From the NCBI GenBank assembly GCA_027064425.1, contig JAMOPO010000003.1, positions 32,001-96,000 of the forward strand: DNA of 64,000 bases, in the 5' to 3' direction. The notes beneath the pieces were generated by a model, which worked only from the letters and a program-made list of their open reading frames with translations, was not told where the DNA came from and searched no databases. Both the position numbers and the translations under genes were made by a program. This DNA comes from Methanobacteriota archaeon (GTDB lineage Archaea > JAADCQ01 > Methanopyri > Methanopyrales > Methanopyraceae). The stretch's first letter is position 1; each line of letters begins with the position of its first letter. This document shows, in pieces, positions 20,969-29,403 of the stretch.

Positions 20969-22086
20969 CAGCCGGCGTCCCCCAGCAGCACCTCGATCTC
21001 GGCCAGCTTGATCACCTGGAGCAGGTGGGCGGCCACCCGGTCCACCCCCTCGCCCGCCACCCGCCCCAGGGCCGGGACCCCCTTTAGCCCCACGGCTCTC
21101 AGCCGCTCCCCCTCCCTGAGCACCGGGAGGTCAAAAAATCGAGCCGGCACCACGGTTACGGCCCGCAGGGCGTCGGCGGGCTTCATCCCCAGCCTGAGCC
21201 ACGCGTAGCGGGCCTCCTCCCAGACGTCCGGCTCCAGGCACATCGCGTTGTCGGTCCCGAGGGCGATCCGAAGTCCCCTCAACCGGTCGTAGTCCGGCAC
21301 CCCGAGGTCAAAGTACTCGTTCGAGCGCGGGCAAAGAACCACGAGCGGGTTCAGGTCCCGCAGGAGCTCCTCGTCCCGCTCCGTCAGGATCACGCAGTGG
21401 ACAACGCCCTCCGGCTCCAGCAACTCCACCGCCCGCTCCAGCTCCGTCACCCCGTACCTCCGGACGCACTCCCGGACCGACCGCCAGCTTTCATTAACGT
21501 GGACAAACACCCGGAGCCCGGAGTCCCGGATGGCCTCCAGGACCTCCTCCGGCAGATGGACGTCCGGCACGCCCACGAACTCCGTGAAGTCTCGCAGCCG
21601 GCGCAGGTCTTCCTCCACCAGGTTCGGGTCCGAGAGATCCCTCGGTCTACCCATGGGCACGTACTCTGGAAAGCCGACCCGGTCCGCCGCGCCCACGCCC
21701 AGCTCGACACCCTCCGGACCACCCTCCCGAAAGTCCGCCACGCCGGGGCAGCCAAGGTGCAGTGAAGTCTCGAGGAACTCCCTGATCGCGGCTTCGAGCT
21801 CCCCTTCGCCCGCCTCGCGAAGTAGCCGGTGCTTCAGCCCGTCCCGGGGCGCCACCACGCGCTCCAGGGGCATCCCGAGGCCCGCGTGCCGGAAGGCCCA
21901 GTCCGCCGCGTGAACGTGAGCGTTGAACGGGGCGGGGAGGAGGACGTCGTAGCGGCGTGCGCCACGCTCGCGCCCCTCCTCCACCCGACGCACCACGCCG
22001 TTCCGAACCTCAACGGTCACCGGCGAGTAGGGCTCCAGGTCCTCTCCCAGCAGCCCGAGGTCCGCGGTGATCACGCCGTCACTCAC
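20968..22086 (-). CDS. Amidohydrolase (deaminase-like)
   Basis: FNAHVH, HVNE, VHC, CPRSN, LGTDN. Confidence 0.88.
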   Translation of the reverse strand: MSDGVITADLGLLGEDLEPYSPVTVEVRNGVVRRVEEGRERGARRYDVLLPAPFNAHVHAADWAFRHAGLGMPLERVVAPRDGLKHRLLREAGEGELEAAIREFLETSLHLGCPGVADFREGGPEGVELGVGAADRVGFPEYVPMGRPRDLSDPNLVEEDLRRLRDFTEFVGVPDVHLPEEVLEAIRDSGLRVFVHVNESWRSVRECVRRYGVTELERAVELLEPEGVVHCVILTERDEELLRDLNPLVVLCPRSNEYFDLGVPDYDRLRGLRIALGTDNAMCLEPDVWEEARYAWLRLGMKPADALRAVTVVPARFFDLPVLREGERLRAVGLKGVPALGRVAGEGVDRVAAHLLQVIKLAEIEVLLGDAG

Positions 22087-22370
22087 TCGCCGCACTGGCA
22101 CGGCTTCTGCCCGCACTTAGGGCACTTCCCCGGGTACTTCTCCCTCAGCAGCTCCTCCACATCCACGCCGACCACGTTGGCCAGGGAGAACGCCCAGGCG
22201 ATGACGTCGGCCAACTCCTCCCGAATGCTCTCCTCGTCGCCCCTGCGCACGGCCTCGGCCAGCTCTCCGACCTCCTCGACCAGCCAGAGCAGGGTCCCCT
22301 CCGGCCCCCGCTCCCGATCCTTTTCGCCGTAAATCTCGTCCATCAGCCGCTGGAACTCGGAGATCCTCAT
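22083..22370 (-). CDS. MazG-like NTP pyrophosphohydrolase
   Basis: EEVGELAEA...EELADV; C-terminal Cys cluster. Confidence 0.9.
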   Translation of the reverse strand: MRISEFQRLMDEIYGEKDRERGPEGTLLWLVEEVGELAEAVRRGDEESIREELADVIAWAFSLANVVGVDVEELLREKYPGKCPKCGQKPCQCGE

Positions 22371-23914
22371 GCCTTCTTCACCCGCCCGTACCCGCCGCCT
22401 CCGGCCGTTTTCACGATGAGCATGTCGCCGGGCTCCAGCACGGTCGAGTCCTTGGGCCCGAGCCGCTCGACCGAGCCGTCCGAGCGCTCCACCAAGTACT
22501 CAGCGGGCTTGCCCGGTTCCCCACCCGCGGCCCCGCGGGGCCCCTTCTCAACCCTGTCACCGAGCACCGTCACCCGGCACCGCTTCAGCGCCAGGTAGCG
22601 CCGGACGATCCCGTCACCACCCCGGCGCCGGCCGGCGCCCCCGCTCCCGCGGCGCACGGTGTATTCCATGATCCTGATCGGATACTCCCGCTCCACGTGC
22701 TCGACGGGCGTGTTGGCCGTGTTGGTCATGTACACGTGCACGGCGCTCTCCCCGTCCCGCTCCGGAGAGGCGCCGGCCCCGCCCCCGATCGTCTCGTAAT
22801 AAGCAAAGTCCGGGCCGCCGATCGCCACGTTGTTCATCGACCCGTGCGAGTGGGCAGGGAGGTCCGGGACGGCCCGCCTCAGCGCGTCCAGCACCGCGTC
22901 CACGATGCGCTGAGACGTCTCCACGTTACCCGCGCAGACGGGGGCCGGAGGGCGCGGGTTGACCACGGTCCCCTCCGGAGCCTTGACGTGGATGGGCCGG
23001 TACGCGCCCTCCGACGCGGGTGTCTCCGGGTCAAGCACCGCTTTGAGCACGAAGAACACCGCCGAGTGGGTCACCGGCAGCGGGGCGTTAACGGGCCCGT
23101 CCGCCTGCTCGCTCGTCCCGGAGAAGTCCACGGTGATCTCGTCGCCCTCGACGGTGACGGTCACCTGGATCCAGATCTCGTCCTCCGACACCCCGTCTCC
23201 CTCCAGCCGGTCCCCGCCCCGATACTTGCCGTCCGGTAGCCCCTCAATGGCCCGCCTCATGCGCCGCTCAGCGTACTCCTTCGCCCACTCGCAGGCCTCG
23301 CGGAACGCCTCAAGCCCGTGCTCCTCGATCAGCTCCTCAACCCGCTCGCACCCACGGAACGCGGCGGAGAGCTGCGCCATCAGGTCGTACCGACGCTCCC
23401 GACCCCCGCGAGAGTTGGCCTCGACCAGCCGGAGGATCTCCTCCCGGGGCTCCCCGCCCTCGGCCACCCGGACCGGTGGAATTCGCAACCCCTCCGAGTA
23501 CACGTCCTCCGCATCGTGCGGCATGCTTCCCGGGACCTTCCCACCCACGTCGGCGTGGTGCGCCCGGACGGCCGTGAACCCAACCAGCTCGTCCTCGTGG
23601 AAGATCGGGGCGATGACGGTGAGGTCGGGCAGGTGCGTGCCGCCGCGATACGGGTCGTTCAGGAGGAACGCGTCCCCGGGCTCCATTTCACCCCGGTCGA
23701 ACTCCTCTAGCACCGCCCGGACGGCCCAGCGCATGGAGCCCAGGTGCACCGGGATGTGCTCCGCCTGGGCGACGAGCTCACCGGACGCGTCGTACACGGC
23801 GCAGGAGAAGTCCTCCCGCTCCCGAATGTTGGGAGAGAACGCGCTCCGCTTCAGGTGCGCCCCCATCTCCTCGCACACGTAGATCAGACCCTGTCGAACC
23901 ACCTCACGCTTCAA
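22367..23914 (-). CDS. Hydantoinase B / 5-oxoprolinase subunit
   Basis: SPNIRER, HIPVHLG, NDPYRGGTHLPD, HHADVGG, TAGGGGYG. Confidence 0.93.
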   Translation of the reverse strand: MKREVVRQGLIYVCEEMGAHLKRSAFSPNIREREDFSCAVYDASGELVAQAEHIPVHLGSMRWAVRAVLEEFDRGEMEPGDAFLLNDPYRGGTHLPDLTVIAPIFHEDELVGFTAVRAHHADVGGKVPGSMPHDAEDVYSEGLRIPPVRVAEGGEPREEILRLVEANSRGGRERRYDLMAQLSAAFRGCERVEELIEEHGLEAFREACEWAKEYAERRMRRAIEGLPDGKYRGGDRLEGDGVSEDEIWIQVTVTVEGDEITVDFSGTSEQADGPVNAPLPVTHSAVFFVLKAVLDPETPASEGAYRPIHVKAPEGTVVNPRPPAPVCAGNVETSQRIVDAVLDALRRAVPDLPAHSHGSMNNVAIGGPDFAYYETIGGGAGASPERDGESAVHVYMTNTANTPVEHVEREYPIRIMEYTVRRGSGGAGRRRGGDGIVRRYLALKRCRVTVLGDRVEKGPRGAAGGEPGKPAEYLVERSDGSVERLGPKDSTVLEPGDMLIVKTAGGGGYGRVKKA

Positions 23915-25314
23915 CCCTCCTCCCCCAGCACCGAGGATACTCCGCGGAGGAACGCCCGGCGCACGCGCTCGTAGGCGTTCACCACGCCGGGCCCAACGTG
24001 CAGCAGGACGTCCCCCTCCCGGGAGCGCTCGGCGATCTCCCGGGCCGCCTCCTCGACGGACCTCACCGCGATCCCCTCGCAGCCGGACTCCTCCGCCCCC
24101 TCTACCACCTCCCGGGCCGCGTCCATGTCGAGCCGCTCCAGCGTCTCGTTGTAGCCGCTCGCCGCTACGAAGTCCGCGTACTCACCCACGATCCGTCCGA
24201 ACTCCAGCTTATCCCGCTCGGTCACCGTGTCCGGGTTGTCCACGCTCACGAGGAGGCGACCGCCGCGCTCCTCCGCCAGCTCTCGGAACGGGGGCAGGCT
24301 GGCCTCCAGCCCCTCAGGATTGTGGGCGGCATCGATGTACGCGGCCCGGCCCGAGAAGTCACCCAGCGACTCCATCCGGCCGGGTACACCGTCGAACGTC
24401 GCGAGCCCTTCCTCCACACCCTCCGGGTCCGCGCCGAACTCCAGGCAGGCCGCGACGGCCCCGGTGCAGTTCTCGACGTAGTACCCCAGCAGCCGGAACT
24501 CCGCCTCCACCCGGTGCTCCGGCCCCTCCACCACGAGGCGCGAGTCCTCGCGGCGCCCGAGGTAGTCGGCCTCCCCGGTCCGGACGGAGTACCACACGGC
24601 CTCGTCCAGGCGCTCACGCAGCTCCCGGCAGTCGTACCCAGCCACGAGCGTCTCGCTCATGTCCACGATCGTGAGCTTCCGCCGGACGTAGCGCTCGAAC
24701 GAGCCCCCGAACTCGTCCAGGTGCTCGGGAGAGACGTTGGTCAGCACACCCACGTCGAGCCGGATGCCCGACGCGAGCCGGATCGTCCCGTGCGGCAGCT
24801 CCACGACCGCGAGGTCGTGGCCCTCGATCTCCCCGGTCACGACCCCCTCCACGATGGCCTCGATCACCAGGTGCCGGTCCAGGGAGGAGCACCGCCAGAC
24901 GTCGTACCCGCACGCCTCCAGCAGGTGCGCGATCGCCCAGGTCGTGGTCGTCTTCCCGTTCGTGCCCGTTACCCCGATGGCCGGGACCGGAAAGAGGTCG
25001 CCCAGTATCTCCGCCACGTCCCGGACCGTAACGCGCTCGGGCACCCGCTCCGCGAGCCTCCTCCCCTCCGCATCCTCCGGGATCGCGGGCGAGACGAAGG
25101 CCGCGTCCGCGGACTCGAACAGCTCCGGGTCGTGCCCGCCCAGAACCACCTCCACGCCCTCGCGCTCCAGCGTCTCGAGGTACTCGCGCTCCTCGGAGGT
25201 GAACTCGTCCTCCTCCTTGACGTCGTTGAGCACGACCTCGTACCCGACGTGGTTCAGCAGCCGGGCGACGGAGCGTCCCGCGCTCCCCGCGCCGACAACT
25301 ATAACCCGAGTCAA
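23911..25314 (-). CDS. Mur-type peptide ligase (pseudomurein biosynthesis)
   Basis: GAGSAG Rossmann motif, SPAIP, GVTGTNGKTTT, TNVSPEHLD, GRME, DAAHNP. Confidence 0.9.
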   Translation of the reverse strand: MTRVIVVGAGSAGRSVARLLNHVGYEVVLNDVKEEDEFTSEEREYLETLEREGVEVVLGGHDPELFESADAAFVSPAIPEDAEGRRLAERVPERVTVRDVAEILGDLFPVPAIGVTGTNGKTTTTWAIAHLLEACGYDVWRCSSLDRHLVIEAIVEGVVTGEIEGHDLAVVELPHGTIRLASGIRLDVGVLTNVSPEHLDEFGGSFERYVRRKLTIVDMSETLVAGYDCRELRERLDEAVWYSVRTGEADYLGRREDSRLVVEGPEHRVEAEFRLLGYYVENCTGAVAACLEFGADPEGVEEGLATFDGVPGRMESLGDFSGRAAYIDAAHNPEGLEASLPPFRELAEERGGRLLVSVDNPDTVTERDKLEFGRIVGEYADFVAASGYNETLERLDMDAAREVVEGAEESGCEGIAVRSVEEAAREIAERSREGDVLLHVGPGVVNAYERVRRAFLRGVSSVLGEEG

Positions 25315-25343
25315 ACCCCGGCCCCCTCGGGCGGGGAGGTGCC

Positions 25344-26162
25344 TTGACCGCCGAGACCCGCCGCCTCACCTTAAACGCTGCCGCCGGGCCCGTGGAAGGC
25401 TACCTCTGCCGCGTTCACGCCTCGGACGGGAACTACGGCACCGGGTTCGGGTACGACCCCACCACCGCGCATGAGATGGCCATTCTGGACGCCGAGGCCC
25501 GCTCCGAGGGCCTCCCCCTCGTCGAGGTGCTCGGGGGCGAGGCGGGCACCGTTCAGTCCGCCTTCCGGGTCCACGACCGGAGCAAGCACGGGGGGCTCCG
25601 GGAGGCGCGCGGGGTGCTCTCCGAGGGTTACACGATGATCCGCGTCCCCGCCGAGTCCGCCGGGATCGCCTCGATCTCCTCGCTGGACTTCGAGACCATC
25701 CTCCTGGACTTCGACGAGCGGCCCAGCGAGCGCGCCCTCGAGGAGGTTCGCATGGTCACGGACGCCGAGATCGTCGTGATCGCGCCCCGAGAGTTCGATG
25801 CGGACGTTCCGGTGTACGTGAAGGTGACCTCGGAGGAGGAGCTGCACGCGCTGGAGGAGGCCGACGGCGTCGCCCTCAGCGTCCAGCGCGTCGGCTTCCT
25901 GGACACCGTGATCCTGGGCAGGAAGGCCCGCGAGCAGGGGCTGGACGTCGCCATCCTGACCGAGGTGGAGAGCGCGATCTCCGTGAAGGCGGCCGCCCAC
26001 ATCGCCGGGGCGCTGGGGGCCGAGATCTGCGACCTGTCCGGCCACCTGCCGCTGTACGAGGACCTAGAGTCGCTCGGGTACGCCCCGGAGATCGAGCTGA
26101 CCGGACCGGGGCGCGAGGTCCGGGTGCACCACGACCCGTACGAGCTCGCGGAGGCCCCCTAA
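25344..26162 (+). CDS. Enolase-superfamily (dipeptide epimerase/MLE-like) protein, degenerate
   Basis: EMAILDAEAR..GLPL..VLGG capping motif and barrel remnants; most catalytic residues apparently replaced. Confidence 0.65.
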   Translation: MTAETRRLTLNAAAGPVEGYLCRVHASDGNYGTGFGYDPTTAHEMAILDAEARSEGLPLVEVLGGEAGTVQSAFRVHDRSKHGGLREARGVLSEGYTMIRVPAESAGIASISSLDFETILLDFDERPSERALEEVRMVTDAEIVVIAPREFDADVPVYVKVTSEEELHALEEADGVALSVQRVGFLDTVILGRKAREQGLDVAILTEVESAISVKAAAHIAGALGAEICDLSGHLPLYEDLESLGYAPEIELTGPGREVRVHHDPYELAEAP

Positions 26163-26173
26163 CGCCCCGGCCA

Positions 26174-26200
26174 GTTCGTTATCAACCCCGTAACGATTGC
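26174..26200. repeat. Second copy of the TCGTTAY-N7-RTAACGA palindrome
   Basis: GTTCGTTAT-CAACCCC-GTAACGATTGC. Confidence 0.65.
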
Positions 26201-26220
26201 GCGGGGGCGGGTGGGGGGCG

Positions 26221-27693
26221 TTACCGCCGCCGGAGGGCCGGGAGCAGCACCGCGACCAGCGCCAGCGCTGGGAACACCGGCGCCCGCTTCCTCGCCGCGA
26301 GCCCCTTCAGCGTCTCGTACTCGTGCACCCACTCCGGCAGCTTCAGCGACAAATAGTTCGCGATCACCCGGGCCACCTTCTCGACCGCCCCGGGCGCGTC
26401 CAGCAGGCCCCGCCGGACGTAGATGACGTACATGTCACCCGGCGTGTCCAGCTTGTCCGCCGGCAGCCGGTAGATCCGGGTGTTGATGTACACGACCTTT
26501 CGGTGCTCCTTGCCGTCCTGCACGTACGTGTACTTCTCCACCGCCGCCTTCGTCTCCGCGACGAGCTCCCCGGCGAAGTGCCTCAGAATGGCCTCCGGGA
26601 AGTCGTACACGTCGGGCTCGCTGCCCTCGGGCCCCTTCTCCGGGTTACCCTCGAACAGCTTCCGGTCCGTGATCCCCGTCACCGTCAGATAGGGGAACGC
26701 GATGACGTACCGGACGCCCTGGCTGTACAGGTCCTGCATCAGCTTCTTGAACTGCTCGTATCGGATCTCCCAGCGCGACCTCTCCCACTTCTCCGGCCCG
26801 ATCTCCGGGTTCTGGAAGGCGAAGTAGTATGCCTTACCGTGCCTGATGAACGGATTCTTCAGCGCCCAGTCCACCTCGCCCACCGGGATCTTCACGCCCA
26901 GCAGTTCACCGAGCCGCTCCGCCACGCCCCGGAGCGCGTACATGATGTTCGCCTTGTAATCGTCCCAGAACCCGATCCTCAGCGTGCCGAACGCGATCTC
27001 CAGCAGGCCCACCTCCTCCCTGTGCTGCCTCAGGAAGTCCAGCAGGTTCGAGCAACCCTTGAACGGGTCGCCCGGCTCGCCCCGCTGGTTGGGTCCTACC
27101 AGCGGCTTCTGCAGCTCGACCTTGACGTTCTCGAACAGCAGCTCCGGCACGATCCCCAGGCCGTCCTGCCGGTCCCAGGACGTGATACCGAACTGCTCGT
27201 ACACGAATGCGTACTGCGGCACCTTCTCCTCCTCCACCAGGACCTTCTCGATCAGCTCCGGGATCTCGATGCCCTGGTGACCACCGCCCCGGTCCAGGAA
27301 CGCCGGAAGGATCACGACCAGTCCCTTCCTACCGCGGTCCGTGAACCTAGCGGCCTGGCGCAGGGCGTACCCCATCTCCGTCTCCAACGACTCCTCCTCC
27401 ATCGTCACCGTCTCCTGATGGATCACGTACGTCTTACCGCCCTCCAGCGAGACCCTGGTTACGCCCTCCGTCTCGAACTCGCCCGGGTACACTCGGATCT
27501 CGTAGGCCTCACCGAGCGTCACCGACAGGTGCTCCTGCACCTTCTCCGGCAGCTCGTGCGCTTTGTACACCCAGTGCGGGTCGTAGCTACCGTGGTACGG
27601 CAGCACCACCGCGATCCGTAGCTTCTCCTCGTCCGCCAGCGCCGGGCCCGACAGCGCCAACAGGGCCGCGAGCAGCGCGATCACGCTCCTCAT
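26221..27693 (-). CDS. Secreted/cell-surface protein with C-terminal sorting-like tail
   Basis: Signal peptide (..PALA|DEE); tail RKRAPVFPALALVAVLLPALRRR. Confidence 0.8.
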   Translation of the reverse strand: MRSVIALLAALLALSGPALADEEKLRIAVVLPYHGSYDPHWVYKAHELPEKVQEHLSVTLGEAYEIRVYPGEFETEGVTRVSLEGGKTYVIHQETVTMEEESLETEMGYALRQAARFTDRGRKGLVVILPAFLDRGGGHQGIEIPELIEKVLVEEEKVPQYAFVYEQFGITSWDRQDGLGIVPELLFENVKVELQKPLVGPNQRGEPGDPFKGCSNLLDFLRQHREEVGLLEIAFGTLRIGFWDDYKANIMYALRGVAERLGELLGVKIPVGEVDWALKNPFIRHGKAYYFAFQNPEIGPEKWERSRWEIRYEQFKKLMQDLYSQGVRYVIAFPYLTVTGITDRKLFEGNPEKGPEGSEPDVYDFPEAILRHFAGELVAETKAAVEKYTYVQDGKEHRKVVYINTRIYRLPADKLDTPGDMYVIYVRRGLLDAPGAVEKVARVIANYLSLKLPEWVHEYETLKGLAARKRAPVFPALALVAVLLPALRRR

Positions 27694-27723
27694 CGTACGA
27701 CCCCCACGGTCGGCCCTTCAGAA

Positions 27724-27764
27724 GCTAATAAAAGGTTTAGCATTGGTTCACCGCGGTGAACTAA
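27724..27764 (-). promoter_or_regulatory. Promoter with upstream 22-bp palindromic operator
   Basis: Minus strand CTAAACCTTTTATTAG; palindrome TTGGTTCACCGCGGTGAACTAA at 27743-27764. Confidence 0.6.
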
Positions 27765-27841
27765 CGTCAACGCCATTTTAGCAACACTAAAGAAAATCTG
27801 AGTAAGTTGGGAAGAAGCAGCGGGCCCGGCCGGCGCCGGCA

Positions 27842-29347
27842 TCACCGACGCCGGAGCCGCGCCAGCGCCAGCCCCGCCACCGTCAGAACGGGCAGCACCG
27901 GGACGATCCCTCTCTTCTTGGGCCTGGGTACGTAGTCCCAGACGTTCCTGGTGAGGCGCTCCAGGAACACCTCCGGGTGGGAGAACGCCACCGCGCAGAG
28001 GGTGGCGGCCCGCTGCGACGAGGCGGTGACGCTCATGAAGTGCTCCCGGTTGGGATACGGGAACGCGGCCAGGTCATCGTACTGCACGCACTCCCGGTAC
28101 AGCCACTCCTGCTCGGTTTCCAGCGTCGCCCCGAGCCGGTTCAGCTCGCTGATAGCCTCCTGGCCCAGCCCCAGCCGGTTGGCCAGGGCCAGCGACGTCA
28201 GCACGAGCGCCGTGTGCACGACGTAGGGGCCTCGCCCCTTCAGCCTGGTGCTGGTGTAGGCCCACCCGACCGCCTTCTTCCCGTCCACCTGCACGACCGA
28301 GGCATCGCTGTACTTGGCCGCCCAGTCCACGATCGCCTTCAGCGCACGGTTGATGCAGTCCGCCAGCCGGCGCTTGTCCAGTCCCACCTCGTCCGCGACC
28401 ATGTACGCGTAGAGCAGTCCCATCGCGATCTGGGCCTCGGAGGGTGGGGCGTACTCGGATCCCATGATCGCCGCGGCCGTCATCTTCCACAGTCCTGCGT
28501 GCTCTCCGGAGGTCTCCTGGTGCCTCTCCAGCCACTCCACCGCCCTCCGGATGGCCTCCTTGAGCTGCTCCACCGTCCGGTCACTCAGCCCGATCAGGTC
28601 CCGGTACAGGTACGCCTCGCACAGGGCCCTCAGCGCCCAACCGGTGTACAGCGGGTCCGGCGTCTTCGACCACGATCGGTTCGCACTGAACCCACCGTCC
28701 TCCAGCTGCTGGTCGAGGAGGAATCGCACGGCGGCCTGCGTGCACTTGGCCACGTCGTACCGTGATGGGCCGAGCGAGACGGTGCGGATGTTCAGCCTTA
28801 GCGCCGGGATCAGCACCTCCGACAGTATCTGGGCCGTCCGGAGCACGTGTCCCCGACCTCCCGGGAACCTCACCTTACCCTCCGTGAGCACCACCTTCCA
28901 GCCCCAGCCACCGTCCGGCTGCTGCAGCGACAGCAGCTTGGCCAGCGCGGTGGTGACCGCGGTTGCCATCCTGGACCGGTACGGCTCCGGCCACCGCTTG
29001 ACGTTCACCTCACCGCTGAGCAGGGCCGCGTAGATCGAGCTGAGCGCGGAGTACGTGCCGTAGATCACCTCACCCGACGTCTCCCACCGCGCGCGCCCGT
29101 ACTTGCCCGTCCAGTAAACGCAGTCCTTCGACGCGTGCAGTCGGATGTGGCCCGGGAGCAGGTAGTGCCTCGGGTCCTGCCTCGACTTCGCCTGCTGGGC
29201 CAGCTTCTCGGCCTCGTCCAGGGCCACCCAGTAGCGCGCGGCCTTGTCGATCACCGGGCCCCAGTCGACCGACGCCGACGCCGGCCACAGCAGGCAGCAC
29301 ACCAGCACCGGCACGGCGACCGCCGACCACCTCACGGCCTCGCTCAA
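27842..29347 (-). CDS. Secreted protein with prenyltransferase/squalene-cyclase-type (QW) repeats
   Basis: Signal peptide; LLSLQQPDGGWG, FLLDQQLEDGGF, WLERHQ; tail KKRGIVPVLPVLTVAGLALARLRRR. Confidence 0.8.
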   Translation of the reverse strand: MSEAVRWSAVAVPVLVCCLLWPASASVDWGPVIDKAARYWVALDEAEKLAQQAKSRQDPRHYLLPGHIRLHASKDCVYWTGKYGRARWETSGEVIYGTYSALSSIYAALLSGEVNVKRWPEPYRSRMATAVTTALAKLLSLQQPDGGWGWKVVLTEGKVRFPGGRGHVLRTAQILSEVLIPALRLNIRTVSLGPSRYDVAKCTQAAVRFLLDQQLEDGGFSANRSWSKTPDPLYTGWALRALCEAYLYRDLIGLSDRTVEQLKEAIRRAVEWLERHQETSGEHAGLWKMTAAAIMGSEYAPPSEAQIAMGLLYAYMVADEVGLDKRRLADCINRALKAIVDWAAKYSDASVVQVDGKKAVGWAYTSTRLKGRGPYVVHTALVLTSLALANRLGLGQEAISELNRLGATLETEQEWLYRECVQYDDLAAFPYPNREHFMSVTASSQRAATLCAVAFSHPEVFLERLTRNVWDYVPRPKKRGIVPVLPVLTVAGLALARLRRR

Positions 29348-29403
29348 CCCCCTGCAAACAATATTTAGACCGCGTTGAGTTCCGCCCGGGGCGATCGGTA
29401 AAC

